DNA of 31,825 nucleotides from Macrostomum lignano (Eukaryota): NCBI GenBank assembly GCA_002269645.1, contig NIVC01004909.1, positions 1 to 31,825 of the forward strand, read 5' to 3'. Shown piece by piece: positions 1 to 11,443 of this stretch (position 1 is its first letter; each line of letters starts with the position of its first letter). The notes under the pieces were generated by a model. It saw only the letters and a program-made list of their open reading frames with translations, ran no database searches and was not told where the DNA came from. The position numbers and the translations under genes were made by a program.

Positions 1-1218
1 TCAAGCCGAAGGTGGGCGACCAATTTCCACGCAACTTGGCGTGAGAATTATAGCCAACTAGCAATTAACAGCCAACAAAGAATGGAATGCACATTTTGAA
101 TAAACTACATGCAGCTTCTGACCTAACCTTGACATCTCAGCGATTCTCCCTAAGCTTTAGCATCTCAGCAATTATTGCCCCCGAACAGCTTGCTGAAACA
201 AAGCAGATTTTTTTCTTTTTGTGAAGTATTCGTTTCGTGCTCTTCTTCAATGTGCTGGTGCCACGTCGAGCCATTTTGCAATGGGCCTCAGACTGCACCC
301 GCTCTTGCCAGAGCTGCCAGGGTTGGCAGTAGCCTTCCCTTTTTGGCAGACTTCCTCGGCGCATCTTGAGCTGAGAGCACCCCACTGCAAAAAAAGGATC
401 CGTTAAGGTACCGACTGGCCCAAGCGTTTTAGAGGCCGAGGACAATTGAATTGCCCGTTTTCCCCCCTGCTGGAACTTGCGGTGATACACCAGTCCACTA
501 GCAGGGAGGTCGGGATGGTTGTGCCGTGGTTTTGGCCTCAGCAGCCGCAGCAGCATCTCCAGGGGCGCCGCCGCTGAACTGCTGAAGCTTCCACGACCGG
601 CTTGTCTGGTTGTCTTGGGATCCAGTCGCTTCAGCACTCATAGTGACGCCGCCGCTTTGCCCCCGCAGCTTCCTTCTTGGCCTGCCGCTTAGCGCGTTGC
701 TTAGCGCGTTTGCGCTCAAGCCGAGCCCGTTGAGCTTCGTCGGATCTGCCAGATTTGGCTGGTCATTTAGACTCAGAGCTCGCGTTCCTTAGATTCCACC
801 AGCAGAAGCTGGCAGGTTTTGGATACTTTGGGTTTTGGTACTCTGGTCGGATCTGCCTGCAGAGCTAGTCGGTCCTCCCTTTGCCACAGTTTGAATCAGT
901 CGGTTGGGATCGACCAGTAGGGCCGGCCGGTCCTTCGGACTGAGATTGGGGTTTAGAAGGGTCCACGTCCCTAGATATAGTTTGCTTATCCATAGTCTTC
1001 TCGAGGCCATGATAAAGGTTGGTGGGCTACAATCGAAGAGGCGCGGTACCCACCCGGCCGCTCCAACTGACCGGGCAGTAGGCCAAAAGAACCCTCAAGG
1101 CTGGCCCGACACCAGGAGGACAACTCCCGGCCTTCCAGCCCATCGGCACGGTCGAACACCTTAGCATCAGAGGGTACCGTTGAGCAGTACCATGGCCTCT
1201 GGATCGGCTTGCGAGACA

Positions 1219-1571
1219 GGGTGGGGGTCTGCGCGCTGCTAGAGGCAAATAGAGGGTGCAGAACTCCCACCAACCTCTTCACCATGCTGAAGATGGGGCA
1301 GGCGTGAAGCATGGCAGACCTTAGCCAAGGCCTGGCCTATCTCATCATGAAGTTGATGGACGGAGGCATTCTTGTCGTGTTCATTGGCACCTCAGGTGGG
1401 CGTCTGCGGCTGCTAAGAGGCAAATAGAGGTGCAGAACTCCCACCAACCTCTTCACCATGCTGAAGATGGGCAGGCGTGAAGCATGCAGACCTTAGCCAA
1501 TGGGCCTGGCCTATCTCATCATGAAGTTGGATGGACGGAGGCATTCTTGTCGGTGTTCATTGGCACCTCAG
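1219..1571 (+). repeat. Tandem duplication of about 176 bp (about 1219-1395 and 1396-1571)
   Basis: Both copies read ...gaggcaaatagag(g)gtgcagaactcccaccaacctcttcaccatgctgaagatggg(g)caggcgtgaagcat...ttcattggcacctcag and differ mainly by single-base indels. Confidence 0.9.
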
Positions 1572-1900
1572 CGACTCCTCCTTCGGAGTGGCTTGCAGCG
1601 CCTGGCCTGTCCAGTGTAATTTTCATCCCCTGGCTCAAATCGCCGAAATCAGAGTTCTTCGCGGCGGAAGCTTGTTCTTAGTCTTGTTTGATTGCGCGCA
1701 GCTCTTCTGCGGCCTTAATCACCTTCCACCGGTTGTTTTCTGCTGGCGAGAGTCCTTGCTCTGCACTCTATGCCCTCGGTGCGCAATTGGCAACCTACTG
1801 CCAGTAGTTTCACATTGATCGCACACAAGCCGACGTGTCACGCTGCACGAGTCCTCTCATGATGCCTGGTGATACACCACCTAAAAGGCAGACCTCACAG
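1219..1900 (-). pseudogene. Possible degraded B-box/coiled-coil (TRIM-like) coding remnant
   Basis: Manual minus-strand translation of about 1850-1757 gives CSVTRRLVCDQCETTGSRLPIAHRGHRVQS (C-x7-C-x2-C...H-x2-H, B-box type 2 spacing). After a frameshift it is followed by helical NRWKVIKAAEELRAIKQD. No continuous ORF. Confidence 0.3.
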
Positions 1901-2225
1901 CTTAAGCAAACTTCGTACAGCTCTTTGTCGCCACTTTTGAAGGTCTTCATTTTGAGAAAATTTTCAGAAAGAAGCTGAGACTTGATTATTTGAAGCGTTG
2001 GTTATAAACCAGTCCAGCTATAGATAGATTATCATTAAGTAATTGACCCAGTCGACTTATTTACTAGTTATCAGAGTGTAAAATTTTTGTAAAGCAAGAC
2101 CAGCAGTAAACATTGTACAGTGCATGCAAACACAAACAGCTAAATTCAGGCTAATCGAAGTCCCTAAGCTGACAATTAGGCTGCAGCAGTCACTCCTATC
2201 TGCCCAGTAATAAAAATTCAAGTAA

Positions 2226-4130
2226 GACCTCATGGAGCATGCAGATTCTCATACTGCTGCAGGACCTCATGGAGCATGCAGAATCCCATACTGCTGCAGG
2301 ACCTCATGGAGCATGCAGATTCTCATACTGCTGCAGGACCTCATAGAGCATGCAGAATCCCATACTGCTGCAGGACCTCATGGAGCATGTAGAATCCCAT
2401 ACTGCTGCAGGACCTCATAGAGCATGCAGAATCCCATACCTGCTGCAGGACCTCATGGAGCATGTAGAATCCCATACTGCTGCAGGACCTCATGGAGCAT
2501 GCAGAATCCCATACTGCTGCAGGACCTCATGGAGCATGTAGAATCCCATACTGCTGCAGGACCTCATTGAGCATGTAGAATCCCATACTGCTGCAGGACC
2601 TCATGGAGCATGCAGAATACCAAACTGCTGCAGGACCTCATGGAGCATACAGAATCCCATACTGCTGCAGGACCTCATGAAGCATACAGAATCTCATACT
2701 GCTGCAGGACCTCATGGAGCATGCAGAATCTCATACTGCTGCATGACTTCATGGAGCATGCAGAATCCCATACTGCTGCATGACTTCATGGAGCATGCAG
2801 AATCCATACTGCTGCAGGACCTCATGGAGCATACAGAATCCCATACTGCTGCAGGACCTCATGGAGCATGCAGAATCCCATACTGCTGCAGGACCTCATA
2901 GAGCATGCAGAATCCCATACTGCTGCAGGACCTCATGGAGCATGCAGAATCCCATACTGCTGCAGGACCTCATGGAGCATGCAAAATCCCATACTGCTGT
3001 AAGACCTCATGAGCATACAGAATCCATACTGCTGCAGACCTCATGGAGCATACAGAATCCCATACTGCTGCAGGACCTCATGGAGCATGCAGAATCCCAT
3101 ACTGCTGCAGACCTCATGGAGCATGCAGAATTCATACTGCTGCAAGACCTCATGGAGCATGAATTCCATACTGCTGCAGGACCTCATGGAGCATGCAGAA
3201 TCCCATACTGCTGCAGGACCTCATGGAGCATACAGAATCTCATACTGCTGCAGACCTCATGGAGCATGCAGATTCTCATACTGCTGCAGGACCTCATGGA
3301 GCATGCAGAATCCCATACTGCTGCAGGACCTCATGGAGCATACAGAATCCATACTGCTGCAGACCTCATGGAGCATGCAGAATTCTCATACTGCTGCAGG
3401 ACCTCATGGAGCATGCAGAATCCATACTGCTGCAGGACCTCATGGAGCATGCAAATCCCATACTGCTGCAGGACCTCATGGAGCATGCAGAATCCCATAC
3501 TGCTGCAGGACCTCATGGAGCATGCAGAATCCATACTGCTGCAGGACCTCATGGAGCATACAGAATCCATACTGCTGCAGGACCTCATGGAGCATGCAGA
3601 ATCCATACTGCTGCAAGACCTCATGGAGCATACAGAATCCCATACTGCTGCAAGACCTCATGGAGCATGCAGAATCCCATACTGCTGCAAGACCTCATGG
3701 AGCATGCAGAATCCCATACTGCTGCAGGACCTCATGGAGCATGCAGAATCCCATACTGCTGCAGGACCTCATGGAGCATGCAAATCCCATACTGCTGCAG
3801 GACCTCATGGAGCATGCAGAATCCCATACTGCTGCAGGACCTCATGGCAGCAGAATCCCATACTGCTGCAAGACCTCATGGAGCATACAGAATCCATACT
3901 GCTGCAGGACCTCATGGAGCATACAGATTCTCATACTGCTGCAGGACCTCATGAGCATACAGAATCCCATACTGCTGCAGGACCTCATGGAGCATGCAGA
4001 ATCCCATACTGCTGTAAGACCTCATGAGCATACAGAATCCCATACTGCTGCAGGACCTCATGGAGCATGCAGAATCCCATACTGCTGCAGGACCTCATGA
4101 GCATACAGAATCCCATACTGCTGCAGGACA
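2226..4130 (+). repeat. 37-bp tandem satellite, about 50 copies
   Basis: Unit ACCTCATGGAGCATGCAGAATCCCATACTGCTGCAGG repeated head-to-tail with minor variants. The 37-aa periodicity of the spurious ORFs equals 3 units. Confidence 0.97.
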
Positions 4131-4639
4131 TGCAGAGTGCAGGAGCGCCAACGACTCCAGGGGATCACCACCCTTGCACACTCTCTGAAGCAAAACTCGC
4201 GAGCTTTCATGCCATGGAAAGCAAAGCAAGCGGGACCGCACAACTTTATATTTTAATGGTTTTTGCAATACCCAGGCAAAGCCGCTTGACTTGCACTTTA
4301 AGCAAGCTCAGTTGAAGAGTTTTTTGCCCACAGACTGCAAGCACTCAGCTACAGGGGCCCATAGACGGTCTGGCATTTCAGACAGGATAAAAGCAGAGCC
4401 CCCAGCAGTACCTGCAAATTTCACACATACCGTGAGTTGAGTTGCTAAGGAATAAATTTGTTACACCTGCTGAGCTCATCTGCTGAAATAGTTCTGCCTG
4501 TTGGATCACTCGGCTTGATCTCTGAGAATTGGTAAGTCTGCTAACTAGCTCTCTTGACATTTTTATGGCTTCCTTTGTCCTGCTACCTGACTGACCCTGA
4601 CAGGTCAGGATGCAAATTGCAAGTCAGTGCCAGTTCCTT

Positions 4640-5508
4640 CTGTCTGTCTCTTCCGCATCCCGCATCCGCATCCCTCCCCAAACTCTCTCCTATCTGTCCC
4701 AACTCTTCCCCATCTCTCTCCTATTCTCACCCCTATTTTCCCCATCACTTCCCCACCTCTCTGGTACCTCTCTGGCATCTCTCTCTCTCATCTCTTGCTT
4801 ATCTCTCCCTCAACTCTCCACAAACTCTCCCCATCTCTTCCCAGTCTCTTCCATAATCTCTCTGCCATCTCTTCCCCATCTCTTTAGCATCCAAATACTA
4901 AAAATGTTTTGTCGGTAGGTATCTATCTCTGTGATCGATTAGAGAAAAAACGGCTCAACCGATTTTCTTCGAATCTCTTCCTAATCTCTCTCCTATTCTC
5001 TCTCCCATCTTTTCCCCATCTTTCCCAAACTCTCCCATCTTTCCCCATTTCCCATCTCTTTCTAATCTCTCTCTTATTCTCTCTTCCATCTCTCTAATTA
5101 TCTCTCTTATCTCCCCCTCAACCCTCCCATCCATCCCCGTCTCTCCCCAATCTCTCGCCATCTCTCTCCCATTTCGTGCTAATCTCTTGCCATCTTTTCC
5201 CCATCTCCCCCGTCTCCCCCATTTCGCTCCTTCTCTCTCATCTTTTTCTCTTCTCTTGCCCATCTCTCTCCCCTTCTCTCTCCCATCTCTTCCCCATCTT
5301 TGCCATTCTCTCTCATTCTCTATTTTACATGTATCTCTCCTCAGTTTCTCGTCTCCACCTATATATTCTCTTTCCCATCTCTTTCCCGTCTCTCTGGCAT
5401 CACTTCCTCATCTCTCTGACATCTCTTCTCCATCTCTTTCCCATTCTCTCTTTTATCTATTTTCCATCTCACTCTTATTCTCTCCCTCCAATCTCTCCCT
5501 ATCTCTGC
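4640..5508. repeat. CT-rich (polypyrimidine) low-complexity tract
   Basis: Degenerate ctctc/cccatct motifs with strong strand asymmetry. It begins with a cagttcc(c)ttctg(t/c)ctgtctct motif that also opens the tract at about 6375. Confidence 0.9.
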
Positions 5509-6346
5509 CAAGGACTACACCTTTTTACGTTCGATTTTGAACAAAGTCCAGTTCTAAAAAAACTAGCGGAAATTCAATTCAGACAATTCAGACTGGGGCA
5601 ACAAACCCCAGTTCAAAACATTATGCAACCGAAGCAAGTTTTAGCCATAGACAAAATTGTCCCCAGTCTGAATTGCCTGAATTGAATTTCTGCTAGAACT
5701 GGACTTTGTTCAAAATTGAACCAAAGACGACTTAAGTAGAAGGACGGGAAACCTCGTTTCTTAGAAAAGTTTTGAAGGCACTTTTTCCCGAAAAAATACA
5801 CTACGGAGATTGGAAATTTTCATTTTTCAGCACAAAAATTGCTATTACTTTTGATAGGAGGCAGATCCAGTGTTCATCTTTTGATATGTTGTGCCTTTTT
5901 TATTGCTCTATCGATATTTATAAATCTTTTCGTTCAGATTATTTTATCGGGAGGAAGTGCCTTCAAAAATTTTCTAAGAAACGAGGTTTCCCGTTCTTCT
6001 ACTTAAGTCGTCCTTGAATTGAACGTGAAAAGGTGTACTAAAGTAACATATACTCGTATATAGGACGCTACACTCGAAATATATGGTAAATGTTTTGAAG
6101 GCAACTTTTCGCCGAAGAATTACCTTACAGAGATAGGAGGTTTTAATTTTTTCATCACAAAAATTGTTATTGCTTTTGATAGGAGAAAGACCCAATGTTT
6201 ATCTTTCGATATGTTGTGCCTTCCTTATAGCTCTATTGGGATTCATAAAGCTTATTTATTTATAGTGTATTTTTTGGCGAAAAGTTGCCTTCAAAACATT
6301 TACCATAGATTTCGAGTGTTGCGTCCTTCTACTTAAGTAGTCCTTG
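5509..6346. mobile_element. Composite non-autonomous foldback/MITE-like insertion
   Basis: Perfect 10-bp terminal inverted repeats CAAGGACTAC (5509-5518) and GTAGTCCTTG (6337-6346), flanked by ATCTCTGC (5501-5508) and ATCTCTGT (6347-6354). Three internal hairpins: 5535-5600/5661-5715, 5726-5797/5942-6012 and about 6060-6118/6268-6330. Confidence 0.65.
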
Positions 6347-6915
6347 ATCTCTGTCTGTGCAGATTCAGGCACAGTCATTGCCAGTTCCCTTCTGCCTGTC
6401 TCTCCCAATCGCGCACTCAACCTTCCCCAAACTCTTCCCCATCTATACCATCTCTTCCCCTTCTCTCTCCCATTTTTTCTCGATCTTTACTCTATCTCTC
6501 CAATCTCCCCCATCTCTCTCATCTCTCCAACTTTCACCCATCTCATCTCCTATCTCTCCTTCAACACTCCCCATTTTTACTCCATACCTCCCATCTCTCT
6601 CGAATTTCCCATTCTCGCATTCTGTTCCCATCTCTCACTCCTTTTGTCGCCCATTTCTCTCTCATCCCTCTCTCATCTCGGACCTCATCTCTTCCCATCT
6701 TTCTCGCATTTCTCCTCCATCTCCCTACCATATCTTTCCCGTATCTTTCCCATATCTCACGTATCTTTTCTCTACTGTCTCTCGATTTTCCCTCCAACTC
6801 CCCATCTCTCTCCCATTCTCTCAGCCATCTCTCACCGTCTTCCTTCCCCGAGTTCTCCACCGTCTCTCCCCTCCGTCCCCCAACTCTTTCCCGATCTCTC
6901 CTTCAACTTCACCTT
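6347..6915. repeat. CT-rich (polypyrimidine) low-complexity tract
   Basis: Same composition and similar opening motif as 4640-5508. Confidence 0.88.
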
Positions 6916-7163
6916 CATTGTAGGAGGGCATACTTTATGAGATGTTGCCCGCATTGCTACCCACGCGGAATGCACCTGGGTTACCGACCCATGGTGCAAG
7001 CTTGTTAAATGTCTGTTTTTATTTAAAACTGCAAGCACAAGGCATATTTATGAACAGATAAACCTACGCCCACATTGCAGACTTGGGATTTCTACTGAAG
7101 CACAGCTAGCTCATCGAGCAGACCGACTGCAGTCCCAGAGACCAAGTTAAAGACTCAATCAGC

Positions 7164-10100
7164 ATGAGGCATCTCGCTGCTGCATTCGCATTGCTGGCGG
7201 TGTCGCTCTGCTCAGCTGTGGCTTTGCCGGTCGCGTTGGCGCCCTTTCTATCCAAGGCTGCCATCATGACTGTAGCCAGAGACGCTGCCATTAACTCTGT
7301 CGTAAGCTCGCTTGTAGACAAAGTCTTGAACGGCGGCGGCGGCGGTGGCGGCGGCGCTGGTGGCGGCGGCGGCAATTTGATCACCAGCTTGGTCAATTTG
7401 AGAAAACAGAACGAAGAAACGCTCAACGAGATGATGAAGTCTGTCGGCACCGCACCGAATCCGCTCATCACCCAGGAATCGATGAATAAAATGGTCAAAG
7501 ACTGGTCCCTCCAACCACAGAAGGCGGGAACTCGCTCCATCAGCCTGCAGGCCGATCAGGGCTTTAACGGACTCGGAAACTACCAGCCTCCAGGATGGGT
7601 GATGACGGAGACTTTGAGCGGCCCAGCGAACAAAATACCGCAAATGACGGACGAGAAAGTACCGGTGTATCAATATCCGAAGGGAGTGGGTCCGATGCTG
7701 ATGAACGGCTGTACGGGTCAATTCTATTCAAAAAGTAGTCCCTGCAACTCCAGCAAGCTCGCTGCTCAGGGACACGCAGTCTGCCCGAACCTCCTGGAAG
7801 CCGCCGCCTACGTGGGCGTAGGTTTCGACGGTCGCGGCTTCTACAAAATCGAGAGCCGCAGGGCCAGCCTAGTGCAGCGTTACTGCTCCAACAAGGCCAG
7901 CTTCCAAAAAAAGACGTTCCCGACTCGATGAACGTGTTCGGCATCTTTGAGACTACGGCAGAGACCAAGTCCTTCCAGTCTGGAGGGGAATACATGAACT
8001 ACATCAGAGAGAAGGCCGGCCTGTCAAAACAGAGGAATCTATTTCGCAGTGAGGCCAGCAAGCACAGCACTTCCGTTTCAGCAACTATCAGCGCTTTTAG
8101 CATTTCCTCTGCTTCAAGTGCGACCGGTTACGGCGAATCGTCCTCGGTAAAATCTGGTGAATCGGTCTCGGAAAATGTTCAGACTGAGAGTTCCAATATG
8201 CGGCAGGGGGCTTCTAATACCTTTTTCGCCATCATGTATGTCAGCGTCATCATGTACGAGATCACTCTGGATGATGTGAAGCCGCAAGACATCAACTTGG
8301 CTGCTCTCAAGGACTACATGAGCTTGCCGGAGTCCTACTACTCGGTTGGCGCTGACGTCAAGTACCAGAACTTTCTGCTTCGCTGGGGCACGCACTTTAT
8401 TCGGTCTGGAAAGTTTGGCGGCCAGTTGAAGATCACAAAGACTGCGAAGATGAACAAAGTAAAGTCTGTGGCGGAGTTCGCCAGCATCGCCGAGACAGAG
8501 TTCCAGTCAATGTTTGCGTCACTGCAGTCCAGGCACCTGCAGACAACAAGCAAAGTTAGCACTCCTTTTTATGGCGGACAGATAAAGTCTGAACATCAAA
8601 GCTCATCGGCAAAATCCGGAAATAGTCGCGTCAGCACAATGAACCAGAAAAACCAGCTATCTCAGAGCTCAAGCCAATCCGAGTTCACTCAAACTAGCGT
8701 CGAAGCTCAAGGAGGAACGCCGGAGATCGCGGAGGCTCTCGTCGACTTTTACACGCCATCGTTCAAGTCTTTGTATCACAAATGGATCGTCTCAATCAGC
8801 GACTACGTGAAGCCGTTCGAGTTCCAGCTAAAGCCCATCGACCAGCTGTTCAATATGAACATGGACGACCTTTTCCTGTCTGGGAACTTCGATTTTGGCT
8901 GCATGGGAGGGGCTGGCAGCAGTAACAAAGTAAAGATTTTGGTGGAGCCTGGAACCAATCGCAGATACCATCTTGATGAGCAGACTGAATTCCGAGACAA
9001 CCGGACTGAGACTAGACTAGTGAAGACCTACTGCAAGTACAGAGACCTGAATGAGTTCAAGACTGATCTGGACAGGCGAACAATCTCTCTGGAGAAAGCA
9101 GTTGCGGTCTACATGGCAGAAGGTCCGTTTCCGACGTCAACCTACGAGCTGGAAGCTGGGCAGTCTGGCTGCGAAGAGAAGACCTTGGCTCAAATCGACA
9201 CACTGGACTCCAAGTCAAAGCCTCTGACTTTTCTGCAGCTCAAAACAGCGCCGTTTCTAATTTCATTTGACCTGCCTGAGGAGATACCAAATTTGCTGCA
9301 AAGACAAGCAAAGTACGCTGTGGTCTATCGAGGAGACAGATGGTTTGCCACTGAGCCAGGAAGCCATCTTGCTCACTTGTATGACGGTTGCCAATTGGGC
9401 AACTACAAGCTTGAAGAGCGTAAGAGCAAACCAAAAATCTGCATTTGGAACATTATCCTCACCTATGAGAACAACACGGCTTTTTCTACATTGACCACAA
9501 TGACTTTTCTGCATCTAAACGCCGCAACCCGTTGATTCCGGGCTGGATGTCTGGCTTAACCGTGGCCAGAGCTTCAAGTCTGAGCATATCGAAGGACCCT
9601 GCCTCGACTCCCGAGTCAGTGCCGTGCAACGTGAAGTGGCTAAACTCCCACAGACTCGATCCCAGCAAGAATGAGAGCTGTCTGCACTTTACGGCCGCCA
9701 CTGAGGGAGACATCTTTGTGATTTTTGCATCCATTCCAAGAGATCAGTCAACGTGGTACTACCTGCAGATCAATGCAGAGGGTGTTCTGTTTTACAAAGC
9801 AATGAAGCTGAAAAAGCGCGACGAAAATAGGGGCATGGGGACACTCGGAGACAGGAACCTGTACCAGTCCTACTTTGTGTGCGTACTCCAGTCCAGTGGC
9901 TCAGTTCTGATGCAGTTTGGAAAGGCAGATGCCACAAGTGAAGTCGGCACTGTCTACTCTGGCTACAAGTTTCCGCAGGACAGCCAGTACAGTCGTTTAT
10001 CTTTCTATACATTTGGCGCAGGCTCAAGGCCAGTGTCTCTGATGGACATTCGACTCACCAAGCAGATGCCAAAGGTTCGATGCTTGAATAATAACTACAA

Positions 10101-10934
10101 ACAGGTGGATGGTCACTGCGTCCTTGACTGTCATGCAGAGTGTATCGACTGCACTTTAGCAAATGATGACACAGCTGTTTCCAGTGTCGCAATGTCCGGA
10201 TTGTGACGAAAAGTTATACTGGTGACTTAGTAGTAAAATGCTTACCAGTGTGTCCGAGGGGCTTCCAACTAAGCGACAGGGCTGAGAAGCTGTGTGTTCC
10301 ATGCAGCCCTGGCAGCTTCAAGAACTCAACAGGCAACCAGAACTGCACGCCATGTGATCCTGGTACCTTCACCGAGTCTGAAGCACAAACAGAGTGCAAA
10401 AAGTGCAGCCCATGAACTTTTACTGCCAACTGGAGATCTCAAACGTGCAAGAAGTGCGCAGAGGGCACGTCAGCGGCCTCAAAAGGATCTGTTTTGTGTA
10501 GGCCCTGCAGCCCCGGCTCGTTCGCGCAAGTTGGTCAGGCACAATGCACTCCCTGTCCACTCGGCCAGTTCAACAGCGTAGATGGACAGTCTCGGTGCCA
10601 GCTGTGCTCTGTGGGCTATTTTGCTGCCTCACCGGGCCTCACTTCTTGCGATCCGTGTCCCAACGGAACCAACAGTACAGCGGGCTCAGCGAGTTGCGAA
10701 AACCACTGCAGAAGGGGAGAGTTCAGTCCGAGCAAAGGCATCCCATGCAGAAAGTGTTCAGCCGGTACATTTGCAGCCAGTATGGGCGCGATGAACTGCA
10801 CATTGTGCCCCGCAGGCACATTCGGTGCAAGAGACGGCCAGTCGGCATGCACAGAGGCTCCGGCAGGATCGTACGTCCCACTTGCTGGATCGACAAGCAG
10901 CACTCCGTGTCCGATGGGCACCTTCAACCCGTAA
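7164..10934 (+). CDS. Secreted MACPF (perforin-like) protein with C-terminal Cys-rich repeats; intronless, disrupted as assembled (3 frameshifts, 1 in-frame TGA)
   Basis: Signal peptide MRHLAAAFALLAVSLCSAVA; poly-Gly linker; MACPF signature YQNFLLRWGTHFIRSGKFGG; furin-like CHAECIDC; several GCC2/GCC3 (ephrin-receptor-like) repeats such as CSPGSF...C..C..G. The pieces join through single-base deletions near 7920, 9480 and 10175. TGA at 10413-10415 sits where the repeat consensus has Gly. Confidence 0.85.
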
Positions 10935-11159
10935 ACTGGAAAGTCCAGACGTCTGACTGCTCTCAGAAGGGGGCAGCATATAGGTGATAAAGTTTGCCGA
11001 AGTCGCAGTGTATGGAGTGTGACCCTCGACTTTTGGTAACAAAAGCTAATTGGAAGCTTCGGTTTTGGAAACTGACTCAGATTTGACTAATTCTTCATCA
11101 GCATTGAATTTACTGCAGCAAACACAGCAATCTGATTTGTGAGCTTTTTTACCATTGCT

Positions 11160-11443
11160 AATTCTGCCTCGCATTCTCCGCCATGCAAATTACATGATTC
11201 ACTTTAAATCAGCTCTGATTCTCCCTCACATTCTCCGCCATGCAAATTACATGATTCACTTTAAATCAGCTCTGATTCTCCCTCACATTCTCCGCCATGC
11301 AAATTACATGATTCTCTTTAAATCAGCTCTGATTCTCCCTCACATTCTCCGCCATGCAATTACATGATTCTCTTTAAATCAGCTCTGATTCTCCCTCACA
11401 TTCTCCGCCATGCAAATTACATGATTCTCTTTAAATCAGCTCC
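11160..11443 (+). repeat. 57-bp minisatellite, about 5 copies
   Basis: Unit ATTCTCCCTCACATTCTCCGCCATGCAAATTACATGATTCACTTTAAATCAGCTCTG; matches the 19-aa periodicity in ORF 11155..11367. Confidence 0.95.

Noticed and set aside
137-1312. Non-LTR retrotransposon endonuclease or esterase ORF
   Set aside because: I looked for APE (GDFN, SDH) and SGNH motifs. Only vague resemblance (VFDRADGL) was found, which is not enough to call.
2226-4130. CRISPR array (37-bp repeat length) or a real repeat protein (ORFs up to 415 aa)
   Set aside because: The units are head-to-tail with no unique spacers, there are no cas genes, and the context is eukaryotic. The ORFs arise only because the unit lacks plus-strand stops.
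4554-6940. Ser/Leu/Pro-rich and Gly/Glu/Arg-rich ORFs
   Set aside because: These are translations of CT-rich low-complexity DNA with no domain signal.
11155-11367. 70-aa repeat peptide
   Set aside because: It is the in-frame translation of a 57-bp minisatellite, with no other coding evidence.
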